DNA from: Hydrolagus colliei
Taxonomy: Eukaryota
Assembly (NCBI GenBank): GCA_035084275.1
Contig: CM068745.1
Location: 21,142,001 to 21,206,000, forward strand
Direction: 5' to 3'
Length of the DNA stretch: 64,000 bases
Position numbers and translations under genes: made by a program. Positions 60,808-64,000 of this stretch are shown here, in pieces (position 1 is the first letter of the stretch; each line of letters starts with the position of its first letter). The notes under the pieces were generated by a model. The model searched no databases and had not been told where the DNA came from. It worked only from the letters and a program-made list of their open reading frames with translations.

Positions 60808-62421
60808 GAGGGAAATGTGGTGGACGTTATTTACATGGATTTCAAAAAGGCTTTTGACACAGTACCGCATAAGAGATTAATAAAAAAAATTAGAGGCCCA
60901 CGGTATTAAGGGGATAGTGGCAGTTTGGATTAAAAAATGGCTGAGTGACAGAAAGCAGAGGGTGGTGGTTAATGGGTGTTTCTCGAAATGGAAGGAGGTG
61001 TGCAGTTATGTCCCCCAGGGATCGGTATTGGGACCACTGCTCTTTCTAATATATATTAATGATCTGGACTTGGGCATAGAGAGCACTATTTCCAAGTTTG
61101 CAGATGATACAAAATTAGGTAGAGTAGCAAATAGTGAGGAGGATTGTAACCAACTGCAAGCAGACATACACAGAATGGTGGAATGGGCTGACATGTGGCA
61201 AATGGATTTCAATATGGATAAGTGTGAGGTGATACACTTAGGTAGGAAAAATTATAGGAGGCAATATAGACATGGTAGATAAGGCAGTAAAAAAGGCATT
61301 TGGTGTACTAAGCTTCATTAGTAGGGGCATAGATTATAAGAGTAGGGAGGTTATGGTTAATCTATACAAAACACTGGTTAGGCCTCAACTGGAGTACTGC
61401 GTCCAGTTCTGGACACCTTACTTCAGGAAATACATTAAAGCACTGGGGAAGGTGCAGAGGAGATTCACGAGAATGATACCAGGAATGCGGAACCTTAGCT
61501 ATGAGGACAGGCTGGAGAAGTTAGGACTTTTCCCATTAGAGCAGAGAAGGTTACGCAGGGACCTGTTAGAGGTCTTCAAGATCATGAAAGGGTTTGACAG
61601 ACTAGATAGGGAAAAGCTGGTAGGTGTGTTCGGAATGGAATGCAATACTCACCCGCTCTAAGCTTCGCTCCCCCATTACCCCAGTCCTTGCCAGACTTCA
61701 CTGGCTCCCTATCCCAGAGAGGATCGACTTCAAGATCCTCGCCCTTGTTTTCAAATCCCTCCACTCCTCTGCACCCCCCTATCTCTCTGATCTCCTCTCC
61801 CCCCAACCCAGCACCCGCTGCCTTCACTCCTCTGGGTCTGGCCTCCTCCATGTCCCCTGAGTCCTCCGCTCCACCCTCGGCGGCCGTGCCTTTAGCCACT
61901 ATGCCCCGAGGCTCTGGAACTCCCTTCCTCACTCGCTTCGCCTCGCCCCCTCTCTTCCCAGTTTCAGGTCACAGTTCAAGAGCTTTCTCTTCGACCGAGC
62001 TTTTAGTCACCTTCCTGCCCCTGCCCCTGGATCGGTCCCGGGATCCGCTACTGTGAAGCGCTCTGAGACGCCGTCTGGCATGGATGGCGCTATATAAATC
62101 GAAGTTGTTGTTGTTGTTGTGACCCCATGGTCACAGTCTTAAGATATCTACCAAAAGAAGCAGAGGGGAGGTTAGAAGAAATTTTTTTACTCAGCGAGTT
62201 GTTCGAATTTGGAATGATCTGCCTGAAAGGGTAGTGAGGTCCGATTCGATAACAGCTTTTAAGAGAGAACTAGATAGGTATCTGGGGAAGACGGGTTTGC
62301 AGGGTTATGTGGAGAAAGCTGGTGATTGGGCTTAATGAAAGTGACTTGCTTGGTCAAAGATTCGGCACAGACTCGATGGGCCGAATGGCCTCCTTCTGTG
62401 CCATAACATTCTATGATTCTA
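60808..62421 (+). mobile_element. 5'-truncated CR1 inserted into a minus-strand SINE (60784-60807 plus 62426-62525)
   Basis: [47 protein letters not shown]; (ttctatga)n tail; TGAT at both junctions; host rejoins as cttgcatttgat|atagcacttttca. Confidence 0.92.
61645..62120 (+). mobile_element. L2 3' fragment inserted into CR1
   Basis: PITPVLARLHWLPIPERIDFKIL peptide; (ttg)n tail; CR1 resumes at gaccccatggtcacagtc. Confidence 0.9.
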
Positions 62422-63675
62422 TGATATAGCACTTTTCATGTCTTCTAGACATCTCAAAGCACTTTAAAATGCTGTATATGACTGAATTGACTGTATATGT
62501 GTGGCCAAAATGCAGCAGCTAATTCATATTATCATTGACAATACACTGTTTAATTTAGCTAGTTTTTTTATTTTTGTATTCCTTTCATATTGATTTATAA
62601 AGAAATTTCAATATACTGGTGTGGAATCGGGCCAGTGGATGCAAAAGTAATAACTGTTGTGGTGGTCAGGTGGTGTGTGAAGCACAGGAGCAACATAATG
62701 GAATCATTAAATGAGATTTGACTCTTGCTCGCTGTAACTTGCAAACTTAACCTGAAACTGGTGTATTTTGCAGTTACAGTCTCTCTTGAAACACACTCAG
62801 CTGTTAGCCGATATCCAAACCTAGATAAATTCATCAAAGCTCCTTTGTTCATTATTAATTCATAGTTTGACAGGCATAAATATTTCCCTCTTGGCTTTTT
62901 ACTTTCATTTCAAAATGTATTCAAAAGTGAGAAAGCCATTTTCCCCATTGGTAATGCAAATCACAAAATGTAAAACTTAAATCTGTATCTTGATCACAAA
63001 CAGTGTCTCAAAACTCATAAAATCAGTTGAGAGAACCTTTTATGCAAAAACAAAAAAATCCATGTGGTGCATACCCATGATTGTCCACTTTCAAGTAATT
63101 TTTCCACACATGTTTTTCTATGATAGACTTTTCTAGGAAATTTTCCATTGTTTCCCAGCTGTTTACATTTTTACAGCAAACTTTCCATTATGCTACAAAA
63201 TTGCAATTAAATGTAGTGTTTTATTACTGAGAAAATTATTGATTATTATTGAGTTAAAAAGTTGAGAATTTTAATTTTGCTGCAAATGCAGTCTAGAATT
63301 CCTTATTTGTCTATCGTGATTTGATTAATAACTGAAGATCCTTCTTCAACTAGTATTTATTTCATCTATACAGAATCTTGTACTTGTATCACTGCACATA
63401 AACAATTAGGTTTACAAATCAAGTAATGAAGGAATGCTTTTCAGATTGAAAATGCATTGGTTCCATCTGGCTGCCAACATTTTATCTAGCGAATTAAAGA
63501 TAATTTTTGCTGATGTGTCTTCTTTTCCATTTCCTCACCAACCAATGCTTCCAGGGAGCACAGTCATTCATAAACCTTCCATTACCTGTATTTTCTAATT
63601 TTACCTACTAGAAATTGATTATTAATTGTGTCTGCTAAAAAAAATCCTACTTCCAAATAACTGATAGCCTTGTCA

Positions 63676-63860
63676 TAATAATAATCCTTCCATTTGATAT
63701 AGCACCTTATCACGTCTTTGAGACATCTCAAAGCACTTCACAGAATATAATAATAATAAAAATATACTCTGAAGTGAATTGATTGTATATTTTGTGGGTA
63801 AAATGCGATAGTTAATTGCGCCAGTGTCACACAAACAGTCATGGAATGAAGTGGCCAATT
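63676..63860 (-). mobile_element. Truncated SINE
   Basis: (aat)n ccttccatttgatatagcacc...cacaaacagtcatgga. Confidence 0.8.
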
Positions 63861-64000
63861 TATTATTTGTTATTATTTATTATTACCCTCAGAAAAGCGA
63901 TCCACCAATCGACTGACACAACTATGTTCCTATTTACTGCTACATAGACAGGGGCATGTGGAGTAAAGAAACTTGTCCAATATTTTGCCCTGTCAGGAAT

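Overview
Vertebrate genomic DNA. The repeat complement (CR1, L2, Deu-domain tRNA-SINEs, Penelope-type palindromes) points to a cartilaginous fish; this is inference. The whole window lies inside the neurobeachin gene (NBEA) on the + strand. I can splice 17 internal coding exons (12558-56770) by GT-AG rules with consistent phases, plus a 9-nt Gly-Ser-Lys microexon at 55398-55406, about 1062 codons in total. Start and stop codons are outside the window. The introns are packed with nested transposons. The most unusual object is a young, CpG-rich, non-autonomous hAT element present twice (42316-44432 and 49052-51308), each with 14-bp TIRs and its own 8-bp TSD. It keeps an intact BED zinc-finger ORF but has lost the catalytic core, and carries an 83-nt hairpin, a putative intron, a poly(A) signal, a 0.75-0.9 kb purine-only tract and (GC)n arrays. 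Also present are hAT, Tigger-like and CACTA-like MITEs, a solo LTR, two fossils of one SPIN/Charlie-type transposase and several long intronic hairpins. Family assignments come from motif recognition and memory, not database searches. Boundaries of old repeats are approximate.
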